A stretch of 59,076 bases of DNA, filler included, from Catajapyx aquilonaris (taxonomy: Eukaryota), in the NCBI GenBank assembly GCA_000934665.2. It is 4 parts of 4 records of this genome, joined end to end, with 100 filler letters (N's around TTAATTAATTAA, not from the genome) between each part and the next. Parts side by side here need not be neighbours in the genome. Positions count along the whole stretch, not along the records: positions 29,547 to 44,341 come from JYFJ02007721.1; positions 44,442 to 59,076 come from JYFJ02007722.1; 2 more parts are not named here. One strand, written 5' to 3'. A program made the position numbers and the translations under genes. The stretch's first letter is position 1. The number at the start of each line of letters is the position of its first letter. Below the pieces are notes generated by a model. It saw only the letters and a program-made list of their open reading frames with translations, did not search any database and was not told where the DNA came from. Shown one piece after another: positions 37,520 through 59,076 of the stretch.

Positions 37520-38285
37520 TTTTAGGGTCCCCCCACAGTCATGTTTCAATGGTCCCCACAGTCATGTTGCAATGGTCCTCATTATGTTAGGTAAGGTAGG
37601 TCCTCACAAGCAAACAACTAGGCTTGGGCTTTTGGTCATACAGTAATAGTAAGCGTCGATGGACTGATGTCCTCACGTAGCATACCGTATGTTAGGTAAG
37701 GTGGTAAAGTCCTCACAGTTGTTGTAAAAGCCCTCATAGCTACATAGCATATTGGTATTGTCATAAGGTCCACACAGTCACATATATGTTGCAAAAGTCC
37801 TCATAACTAATGTTAGGTAAGGTCATACGTACGGTCCCCACAGGTTGTTGCAAAAGTCCTCAACATACTGTATGTAAGGTAAGGTCATAAGGTCCTCACA
37901 TATTAGGTCCTCACAGATATAGGGAAGGTCGTAAGGTCCTCACAATTAGGTTGAAAAGTCCTCACAGATTATGTTGAAAAGTCCTCACAGATTAGGTTGA
38001 AAAGTCCTCACAGATTGTAGGCAAGGTCATAAGGTCCTCACAATTAGGTTGAAAAGTCCTCATAGCATATGTGAGGTAAGGTCATAATGTCCTCACCGAT
38101 TACAGGTAAGGTCATAAGGTCCTTAGTTTTGTTGTAAAAATCCTCACGCCATATAATAGGTAATATTATAAGGTCCTCACAGTTGTGGTGCTCAAGTCCC
38201 TACATCATATGTTAGGTCAGTTCTTAAACTCAGTTTATTGCAAACTTTTTTTTGCATCTTGTATCTGGAGAAAGTCCTCACACAT
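37520..38285. repeat. Degenerate minisatellite (GTCCTCACA / AGGTAAGGTCATAAG modules)
   Basis: More than 20 recurrences of GTCC(T/C)CA with variable spacers. Confidence 0.75.
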
Positions 38286-39690
38286 CATGTTCCCAGTGTA
38301 ATTTAATCAATCTAGAAATGGACAGGTCCGATGCGATGATGCTCAATAATTTAACCAGCATTAGAGCAGCAGCATGTCCCGGTGGGGTGTCAAGTTGATG
38401 CATCTTACTTTTAAAGGACCCCACAGAGTTTGGAGGGGGGGGGGGAGGACCATTACCCGTGCAGCGGACAACAGTTTCCATTGTTGTGAGAGGTCGTAAA
38501 AGGAACTCATTCTTCTGGCAGCATGCTGCATGTCTCGAGGGAGTGGGATAAGGTCACTATAATTTATTAGATTGAAGCTGGGACTAGTAAAAGGTTAGTG
38601 ACGTCACGTAGACGTCGTTAGCGTCATTGGGATACGTCTAGAAGTGGACGTGTTCGCGTCAATACAGTATGCTTTGGTAGTACCTTACTTCGCTCGTAGA
38701 TGGCGTAACTTCCCTCTCTGTACACTACTGCCACTCATGCGGGAGAAAGTGGTACTACATGCACCTAGCTGAGCGATGATGACTCGCCGCGGACAGTCGG
38801 ACAGACAGAGCCAATGCGATTGTGCTTCAATCCGTCCGTTACGATACCGTACGGTAAAAGTGAAAGTGTACTTACCCAGATGACACGTGGCTATTGTTGC
38901 AAACTTGTCTGGTGTTGCCGAATCTTTTCGCGTGTATGTGCATGTGACTTTGTTGCAATTATTTGCAATTATTGAAGTAATAGTGTTGTGGTGGGGGTGG
39001 TGGTAAATGCTGCACTTGTGTAGTGCCCTGGTCCAGGTTCCTCCGAGGACTATCCCGCCGACTTGATTGTCCACCTTTTGGAATACCTATGGCCCACCCC
39101 CTGTACGTCATCCAACGGGGGGACGACGACGCCTGCGAGTAGCTGCTCGACGCTCACGGCGCAGATGCGACGCCTCTTTCCCCCTCATCCCCCTCTCTTT
39201 CCAACAAACCGCTCCATCCCTCCTCAAAAAAAAAAACCTCAATCCAACAAACACTACTCGACCACCTTGAAATATATACTCTCGTTTGCATCATGAAATG
39301 ACCTAGGGGCCATTCACACAGGACTCGTTCCGGAACCGGCTCGGTTGACAATGTTGCCGATATAGCAATGGTCAAAAAGGATGACCCGTGCTGGTACCTC
39401 CTTTAGCTACTGATTACTTTCATCTGCTATTAGTTATTATTGTCGTCGGTTATCATATTAGCTATTATCAGTTACTAATGTATCAGCTGTTATTAGTAAC
39501 ATACATGTTAATGTATTAATGTTTATTACATATATATTGGGGAATCTTTTCACTGTTGGTTGGTATGGAGACATGGTGTTGTTTGGAATGTCTTCGTGAT
39601 TGTTTGGAAGTGTCTGGTAGTTTAGAAGCAGTAGAGAGATTGATTGTGGTGCAGGAGAGCTGCTGTGGCTCACTCAAGAGTACGAAGGTG

Positions 39691-40744
39691 ATGGAGACTT
39701 CGAGGTGGGACTACACCGCAATAATTGCTGCTAACGACAACAGGTATGGTCGTGAAATCATTTCCCACCTAAACTTGACATTATATAGCATTTAAAAATA
39801 GCCATTACTTTCCCCTCAGTTATGGGCTTAACCATTTTGTGCCCCAGTGATATTATCCTAATGCTATGATGCGTCTATTTGTATTTCCCAGGTGGCAAAC
39901 CCATACCAAGGTGAAAGAGGAAACCAGAGAAAATGATGACGCTGAGGAACAGGCAACTGCGATGATTAAGCAAGAGAGGCTCTCACCAGTGGAAGAGCAT
40001 GATGTTGGTGAAGAAGAAGAGTTGGACATTGGAGAAGTGGAGGTGAAGACTGAAGAAGAAGAAATGTTGGTAGATGCACCAAACATCATCGCGGGTGTTG
40101 AAGACCCACTTGGAACCGTTCCTGTAATGCATACACAACCTTCTAGTGATCAATTTGTGTGTATGTACTGCCACAGAATATTTCCTGGATCGGAACACCT
40201 GGAGTGCCACAAGAGAAAGCACACTGGGCCTAAACCATTTAGTTGCATGATTTGTTACAGGAAATTCCGCTGCAGCAGTGACATGACGAAGCATGCAGAA
40301 ATTCACATTGGAGTGAAACCACTGGAGTGTCCGGATTGTGGCAAAACTTTCTCGTGCCGCTCAGCATTGACGACACACTGTAAAAGTCACACTGGTGGGA
40401 GGCCATACAAATGTGACGAGTGTGGCAAGTCGTTCACATGGAAGTGTTACCTAGATCAACACGCGAGGACCCACACTGGTGAGAGGCCATTCACATGTGA
40501 AATGTGCAGCAAGTCATTTTCATTCCGCTCAGCATTGAATGTGCACCGTAGAATTCATACAGGGCCATACTACAAATGTGAAGCATGTGGCAAGCCGTTC
40601 ATACGAAAGAATGGGCTGGATAAACACATGAAGACCCAGCATACTTTGAAGATACCCTACAAATGTGGAATATGCAACAGGGATTTTTCATGCCGCTCAA
40701 ATGTTATCAAGCACATTCGCTGGGACCACGGTGAACTTTGCTGA
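39691..40744 (+). CDS. C2H2 zinc-finger protein copy A (7 fingers, ~301 aa); join(39691..39743,39892..40744)
   Basis: METSRWDYTAIIAANDN-R phase-2 GT-AG intron; acidic VKEE/IKQE/VKTE N-terminus; 7 CxxC..HxxxH fingers with TGERP-type linkers; AATAAA at 40908. Confidence 0.88.
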
Positions 40745-41195
40745 AAAATTCGTGGAGACATTCATATAATGATGGAAACATCTGTGACTGTGACGCACTA
40801 GTGTTTTGCTATGAGTGGTCAGCAGGTCATTACTTTTGATCTTGTGTGTTAATCATTTCTAAACGTTTGACCCCAAAAAGTGTTATTGCCAAAATCTCTT
40901 GATAGAAAATAAAGACGATTGTTGTACAACCAGTGACTTTCTTGCTTGCTTCTGGTGTTTTGGTAGTGTTTTGGATCATTACACTTTCAACCAAGCAGAG
41001 GAAAGTTTGTTGATGTCCAGGGGTGGCTCCTTCTGTTGGCACCTTTTCGCTGTTGATTGCTACGGAGATTTGGATTGTTTGGAATGTCTTCGTGGGTGTT
41101 TGGAAGTGTGTGTGGTATAGTTTAGAAGCTGCAGAAGAGAGATTGATTGTGGTGCACGAGAGCTGCTGTGGCTCACACTCAAGAGTACGAAGGCG

Positions 41196-42243
41196 ATGGA
41201 GGCTTGGGGATGGGACTACGCCACAATTGCTGATAACAACAACAGGTATACGGATGATGATTGCATAAGGTCTAATACATTATTGTGCTTGTATTGTGTT
41301 TGTATTTCCCAGATGGCAAATTCATCCCAAGGTGAAAGAGGACATCGGAGAAGGTGTTGCTGCTGTGGAAGAAGCAACTGAGAGTAGGCTCTCACCAGTT
41401 CAAGAGCAAGATGGCGATGATGAAGATGAGTTGGACATTGGGGAAGTGGAGGTGAAGACTGAAGAGCTGCAGGCAAAGACTGAAGACGGAGAGAAAATGT
41501 TGGTGAATGCTCCAATAAACATCACCGAAGGAGTTGAAGACCCACTGTGCACAGTTCCTGCAATGCCTGGACAGCCTTCTAGTAATCATTTTGTGTGCAT
41601 GTACTGCCACAGAAAATTTGCAGACTTGGAAAACCTGGAGTGTCACAAGAGGAAGCACGTTGGACCTACACCATTATTCAGTTGCAAGATTTGTTACAGG
41701 AAATTCCTCTGCAGCAGTGACATGACGAAGCATGCAGAAATTCACACACAGGAGTGTCCACAATGTGGCAGAGGTTTCCCTTGCCGATCAGCCTTGGCGA
41801 GGCACTATAGAATTCACACTGGGGAGAGGCCATACCAATGTGAAGAGTGCGACAAGTCATTCGGGCAGAAGAGTCACCTAAATCAACACGTGAGTTATTC
41901 CCATCCTGGTAGGAGGCCGTACAAATGTGAAGAGTGTGGCAAGTCATTCAAATGGAAGAGTAACCTAGTTAAACACGTGAGGACCCACACTGATGGTGAG
42001 AGGTCATCATTCACATGTGAAATATGCCGCAAGTCATTTTCATCCCCCTCAAATTTGAGTGTGCACAGTGGAATTCATACAAGGCCGTACAAATGTGGAG
42101 AATGCGACAAGGGGTTCGTACAAAAGCATAGGCTGGATCAACACATGAAGACCCACAATTGCAAATGTGGAATATGCCACCAGTCTTTTTCATCCAGATC
42201 AAATGTTAATAAGCACATTCGCAATAAGCACGGTGGACTTTGA
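41196..42243 (+). CDS. C2H2 zinc-finger protein copy B (8 fingers); join(41196..41245,41313..42243)
   Basis: Paralogous first exon and intron phase; 8 fingers; AATAAA at 42392. Confidence 0.88.
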
Positions 42244-42660
42244 TGAAAAACCAGCTTAGAATATTATTCATATAGTGATGGAAATAGTTTGTCAGGTCAT
42301 TCATTTTTGGCTGATGTTTATTAATAATTTCTAATTAAGGATTACCCAACAAGTGTCCTAATTGCATTGTTACCATGATCTCTTAATGGCCAATAAAGAT
42401 GAGTTCTGGGTTCGCATAAATGGTGCAAAGCTAATCATTCCCACATTTTTCAACCAAGCAGAGGAACGTTGGTTGATGTCCAGGGTGGTGGCCCCTTTCT
42501 GTTGGCACCTTTTCACTGTTGATTGCTACGGAGATCTGGATTGTTTGGAATGCCTTCGTGGGTGTTTGGAATAAGTGTGTGTGGTGTAGTTTAGAAGCAG
42601 AAGAGAGATTGATTGTGGTGCAGGAGAGCTGCTGTGGCTCACACTAGAGAGTATAAGGCG

Positions 42661-43536
42661 ATGGAGGTTTCGAGGTGGGACTACACCGCAATAATTTCTG
42701 ATAACGACAACAGGTATGGTCGTGAAATCATTTCCCACCTAAACTTGACATTATAACATTTAAAAATAGTCACTACTTTCCCCTTGTGGACAGTCAATAT
42801 AATGCAATAGAGACATGATATGCGCCTATTTGTAATTCCCAGATGGCAAATCTATACCAAGGTGAAAGAGGAAACCAGAGAAAGTGATGAGGAAGAGGCT
42901 ACTACGATGATTAAGCAAGAGAGGCTCTCACCAGTGGAAGAGCAAGATGGTGGGGAAGAAGCTGAGTTGGACATTGGAGAAGTGGAGGTGAAGACTGAAG
43001 AGGTGAAGACTGAAGAAGAAGAAATGTTGGTAGATGCACCAAACATCATCGAGGGTGTTGAAGACCCACTTGGAACAGTTCTTGTAATGCCTGCACAGCC
43101 TTCTAGCAATCCATTTGTGTGTATGTACTGCCACAGAATATTTCCTGGATCGGAACACCTGGAGTGCCACAAGAGAAAGCACACTGGACCTAAGCCATTT
43201 AGTTGCATGATTTGTTACAGGAAATTCCGCTGCAGCAGTGACATGACGAAGCATGCAGAAATTCACATTGGAGTGACACCACAGGAGTGTCCGGATTGTG
43301 GCAAAACTTTCCCTCTCCGCTCAGCCTTGAGTGTGCACCGTAGAATTCATACAAGGCCATACTACAAATGTGAAGCATGTGGCAAGTCGTTCATGCGAAA
43401 GAATGGGCTGGATCAACACATGAAGACCCAGCATACTTTGAAGATACCCTACAAATGTGGAATATGCAACCGGGCTTTTTCATGCCGCTCAAATGTTATC
43501 AAGCACATTCGCAGGGAACACGGTGAACTTTGCTGA
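42661..43536 (+). CDS. C2H2 zinc-finger protein copy A' (5 fingers); join(42661..42713,42843..43536)
   Basis: Near-identical to copy A but two fingers shorter; AATAAA at 43714. Confidence 0.88.
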
Positions 43537-44015
43537 AAAATTCGAGGAGACATTCATATAATGATGGAAACATCTGTGACTGTAGCGCACTAGTGTTTTG
43601 CTATGAGTGTGAGAATGCCAGGTCATTACTTTTGATCTTGTGTGTCAATCATTTCTAAAAGTTTGACCCCAAAAAGTCTCTGATTGAATTATTGCCCTAA
43701 TCTCTTGATGGACAATAAAGGTGTTGTACAGCAACCAAGTGACTTTCTTCCACACTACATTTTTTCTACATAAGGAAAGTACAGTGTAACAACCGCCCAT
43801 ATGTTGTACCACTCTGCTTTGCCTTGGAAAAACATTTTTAATCCTGTCAATTTTTTAAACTCGTGAGATTTACAGACATAAAAAATGTTGTCTTATTTCC
43901 ACAGAGAGAATTTAATGGCGTATAGCACCTGACGACGAGGACAAAAATAAGAGCGAGTGAGTTGTCATTTTAAAAAATAACTGTTAGATTTTTGTATAAA
44001 ATGGGTCCTTTGCAG

Positions 44016-44160
44016 GCACCTTTTCACTAGTTGCTACGGAGATTTGGATTGTTTGGAATGTCTTCGTGTGTGTTTGGAAGTGTGTGTGGTGTAGTTTAGA
44101 AGCAGAAGAGAGATTGATTAGGGTGCACGAGAGCTGCTTGTGTCTCACACTCAAGAGTAC
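44016..44160 (+). pseudogene. 5' leader of a fourth ZNF copy (B'), interrupted by an LTR
   Basis: Matches the leader of copy B (41038-41188) up to CTCAAGAGTAC, a few bp before the expected ATG. Confidence 0.7.
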
Positions 44161-44341
44161 TGTTGTGTCCTGTAATTATTGTAACCAGTTGCCAGACAAC
44201 TGTGACTTGTTTGTCTTGTTGTAGGAACAGACCTTGAAGCTGGTCTGTTCTCGAGCACCAGTCGTATTCTTGTAATACACCTGTTTTAGTTCATCACCTG
44301 AGTCCTTCTTACCAGCCGTCCATACACAACATTTCTGGCGA
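44161..44341 (+). mobile_element. 5' LTR (44161-44331) and PBS start of a Gypsy-like retrotransposon
   Basis: TGTTGTGT...ACACAACA inverted termini, followed by tttcTGGCGA and then the gap. Confidence 0.72.
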
Positions 44342-44441
44342 NNNNNNNNNNNNNNNNNNNNNNNNNNNNNNNNNNNNNNNNNNNNTTAATTAATTAANNN
44401 NNNNNNNNNNNNNNNNNNNNNNNNNNNNNNNNNNNNNNNNN
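44342..44441. other. Assembly gap with TTAATTAATTAA linker
   Basis: 100-bp N run with linker. Confidence 0.97.
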
Positions 44442-45417
44442 TGACCTCATGTGAAACCCTCCAGCGAACACCAGAACAGGCCTGTTTCCCACGGATGACC
44501 CTTTTTTCCCTCATTAATATTGTTACATGGTCATTGGACCTAATATCAGCAGGTGCTATTCCCGATTCTCCAAAAAGTATCTCTTATTGATCTCTTAGCA
44601 ACGACCTGCTTATAAACAAGCAGCTTGTTGATTTTTCCAATAACTGTTGGTGCCATAAAGTTGGATCACCCTGTATTTTGTGCCTCCTCCTTTTTTGTGT
44701 TGATCTGGAAGGATATTTTGATGTTGTTTCTTTGTTAAGTTTGGTGTGGGAAATCAAATCCAACGGTGGTATTGGTTTTTTTTTTGGTATCAAGATTTTT
44801 CTAGTTTTCCTAAATTTTGTGAAATTTGCAAAGAGGTTCTGAAAAATACAGCTGGCTTTCCTCCTTGATGTGAAGACGTACCAAAATGCCACCCAAATAT
44901 GCGCAACATTCCAATGAATCTATAGTACACTCTCGGCATCCTTCCAGACATTTATGCACCACATACAAGGGTCTCAGGGCTGCTCTCAGCCTGCATAGAA
45001 GGAGTTGACATATAAAGACCTGCATGGTCTGCCTTCGGCTTAGCATCGATGCTAAGCCGAAGGTGGACCATCCAGGTTACCGGGAGCTGAATGAGTACTG
45101 TATCGAATACAGTAGCTGTTTCGACTTTCACCTAACGGCATTTGCTTCCGCGGCGTCAGATTCAAAAGCTGACCACATTTTTGGAATCAGGGAGTCTTCT
45201 TTGATCTTTGAAGCCCAACATGCAAAATCGCTGAACCCTACCTTTAAGGGGCAGAGATTGTAACCATATGACTGCAATGTTTGGAAGAGGCAGGCTAATC
45301 CCAACTGTCGGTTGTTTGGATTTGTTCCCATGCAGTCAAAAGTCAATGGAATGCCTATTGTTGTACTAGAAGTTATGAAGCATATCGCTTTCTGGCAACT
45401 GTTTACTGGACATCTGA

Positions 45418-46376
45418 GGGGGTGGATTCACAAAAGAGCGCAAATAGATACAACATCGCAAGTTCAATTCACTTTTTCGGCACCGGTGGGGTGGCGCTCC
45501 GAGTTGGATTCACAAAGCAGCGCAACTACTTACAATCGGGTGGATCTCTACGCCTGCTCGGGAGGAGGTGTAAGCGGGAGAAGTGACATGGCCAACGACT
45601 GGCTCGTATTCGGACTGGAGCTAGAAGTCAAAGATAGACCTCACCCAGCCTTTCCCCCGATAATCCTGGATCACATGTGGACCCCCCATTACATGCCAGC
45701 CATGGGTAGGCCTACTCACGGCGTAAAATCCGGCCGACACGACGACACTTGCTGCCGGCAGACGACGAGGGGTCAGTCACTCTTCAAGTCCGTTGTACCG
45801 TAAGCACCAAGTCTGGCTGTTTGCAAGTCCGTTGTACTCTCAACTTCTGAGTGATTTACCCCTCGGCACAGACAAAGTGGCCACCTTTGCCTGACTGCCG
45901 ATATCTTATTTGGTTAGCTCGGGTAAGGAATGGGAATAGGGGAATGAGTCCAAGTCCAGTTTGCCCCTAGGCAATAAGGCGGCAGCCTTGAGTGGGTGTC
46001 TAGCCCCATCCCTCAATATAAACTAGTTGGTCTCCCTTTTTAATTTCACAATTTTCAGGTATGCCACCAAAGATGATAACTCTTCCCCTCTCTTCCCCAC
46101 CTTCCCTTAGTAGCTCTGCCTTCTCCTATGTTGGCGCTAGGGTGGGTTCTGGCTGGGTTCGGGTGGCCGTCTAACAAAGCAGCCAATAGCGAACCCCGTT
46201 ACATGACACATGACTTTAACACTTGTGCCCCCCTTACACCGAGTGCTGCGCCACTTTGTGAATCACTTTACACCTCTGTAGATACTCTTCTTAAATCAGT
46301 TGTAAGGGGAGCGTAAAGATACGAAGTCTAAATCACTTACGCCCTTAAAGTTGCACACTTTTGTGAATCCACCCCC
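45418..46376. mobile_element. Possible PIF/Harbinger-type TIR element
   Basis: GGGGGTGGATTCACAAAAG at 45418 and its reverse complement ending at 46376; TSD not clean. Confidence 0.5.
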
Positions 46377-47680
46377 AGGTTTAAAAGTTTAGGTTACCCT
46401 TACCTGAGATGTCACTATTGCATCACGTTTGTGAAAATACTGGGTTTACATAAAAGTACTGGGTTTTGGAAGTGTACATGCAGTAATTTGCTCTCGTTCA
46501 GTTGGCTGTTAATGTTGTTAGAACAGAAAATGCATTATGAATTTAGGGCTTAAATTTTTGAAGATTGCAATTGAATCATGGAACTCAAAACGGAGCTATG
46601 TTGTATTTTCAAGATAAGTGAATCTTGACCTTATTCAACGAAGCCTTTTGATTTCCACACTCTTGTGGAACGTAAAAGCACACTATGTTGAGCAAAAATC
46701 GAATTTATGGTCCACGTAATTTCCAATGATATTTGCAGAATAGGGTGTGAGAAAAATAGTTCCGGCGACACTGAATCCATACCAGGTCGTTCGACGCACG
46801 TCACTCAAGGAGCAGCCACACGGTAACGAGCGGTACTTCACGTTCCATGGAATATCGAGTGAAAGGGAAAATGAGTGGGGCAAGGAATTGCATGGAATCT
46901 AGGTTCACTGGATCCCGATTCCTTCTGTCCAGTGACACATGCAGTCTTCTAAATACATATAGAGCTGTGTTGCATATTAGGACCTACATTCCTTGGTCAA
47001 TTCATGTTCCTTTTCACTCAATATGCCATAGAACCTAAAACTGCGCTATGTTCGTGGCGAGTTGCAGGTGGGGGGTGTACTACTACCGATCACCGTATGT
47101 CTCCTGCTCGAGTGACGACCGACGAACCACCTGTTATGGGTTCAGCTTCGCCTAAACTATCTTTCCCGCACTCTATTATGTGAATCATAATTGCGAGTTG
47201 TGTGCACCATAAATTTGATTTTTGCTTAACATAGTCTTGTTTTACATTCCACGAAAGTGCGGAAATCAAAACTGCTGTTTTTTTTCATGCGTGTGGGGGT
47301 CCAACTGTCGCTTGCCATGCAGTCGTTGTTCAATGAAGGGGGTCATACCACCTGGTATGTTGACAGTTTCGCCGCATCTTTCTGTGGATACCAGTATCAC
47401 ACATGTGAGATCTTTATTTCGTTGTTATAGGCTTCATTCAATAAGGTCGAGTTTGGTTTATCTCTAAAATGCAACATAGCGCGATTTTGAGTTCCACGAT
47501 TCAATTAGTCTAAGGCGACTTCTCATAATAGTGGAGACTGTAGTAACATGAATAGTTGATATGAGATACTTGTTACTTGGTTCACCACCAATAAAACACT
47601 TAACAGTTAGGAAAGTAAAAAAATTGACATGTACAGTGTACCTAGCAAGGAAGGGTAATTTCTGCATTTTGTCTTTCCAG

Positions 47681-58445
<10,765 letters not shown>

Positions 58446-58983
58446 TAAATGTCATTTTTATTCAGTAGTCATGACAAGTGCCATATAAAGCAATATATCT
58501 ATCAATAATTTTTACTGATGCTCACAGTTGGATATACAGTAGCAGAAAAAATTGTTTCATCACCATTCCATGTGTAGTTTATTCAGCTATCCTGCAGTTG
58601 CATATCGTTGCTAATCTGACAAAAGGGGGAATTCAACATTTTTGCTAAAATAGGATTATGGCCTCTGCCGGCATCATGAGGTGTTGAGTCATGTTCTGAC
58701 AAAATGGCGTACTCATGGGACAAGTGATGCCAGAGTTGGAGTGAGAAATCAAAACGCCATCCTCCTTTGTTGTGTAGCAGTTTTCAGGTTTCTTTTGGCT
58801 CTCCTGTAAATTAGGAACATGTTGAATTCACCCTTTTGTCAGAGTAGTGACATTATAGATATGTAGTAGTGACGGTGTTCAACAATAGCAAGCAATGTAG
58901 AGAACCTTTTTGCAATAGTGTAGTGGTATTAAGTGACACATGAAATGGCCATATAACGTCATAATATTTAATGCATCGCTTAA

Positions 58984-59076
58984 GGTAGTTCTTGCGCTAA
59001 GTCCATTCATTGACAATTTCGTGAAAATCACACCATCCATTCCTGGGCATGTCGCACATACTCCTGTGAAGTTTCA
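58984..59076. mobile_element. Terminus of a second Kolobok-like copy (runs off the window)
   Basis: Preceded by TTAA; reverse complement of 22110-22202. Confidence 0.75.

Noticed and set aside
37520..38285. CRISPR-like repeat/spacer pattern or TTAGG telomeric array
   Set aside because: Eukaryotic context, no cas genes, spacers are themselves repetitive, and TTAGG occurs only as isolated words.
39556..39690. Cys-rich frame upstream of the ZNF ATG as a ZAD domain
   Set aside because: The frame is not preserved in the other copies (frameshift or stop) and Cys spacing does not fit; treated as 5' UTR.
45312..45803. 163-aa ORF as a pecanex exon
   Set aside because: No pecanex similarity, and it overlaps the TIR of a putative transposon.

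Overview
Repeat-rich, intron-containing eukaryotic (most likely arthropod) scaffold with three 100-bp assembly gaps, each carrying a TTAATTAATTAA linker. Genes, all on +: a 5-exon CTD small phosphatase-like (CTDSPL2/SCP, NIF domain) gene at 3849-6711 whose first two introns use GC donors; a TATA-containing orphan gene (exons 7826-8249 and 13281-13715, continuing); a tandem array of three two-exon C2H2 zinc-finger genes (39691-43536) plus a fourth copy cut off by an LTR; and nine internal exons of pecanex (47681-58442, both ends missing). Between 14.8 and 18.8 kb is a same-strand mosaic of gene fragments (LINE 3' end, SAMD3-like, two Sola-like transposases, pogo, ankyrin). The rest holds tRNA-derived SINEs and MITEs with P, hAT, Kolobok, PIF/Harbinger, Tc1/mariner and Tigger signatures, several nested. 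One Tigger-type element resembles mammalian MER2. Splice models were built by hand from phase-compatible sites. Family names come from recalled motifs, not database searches.
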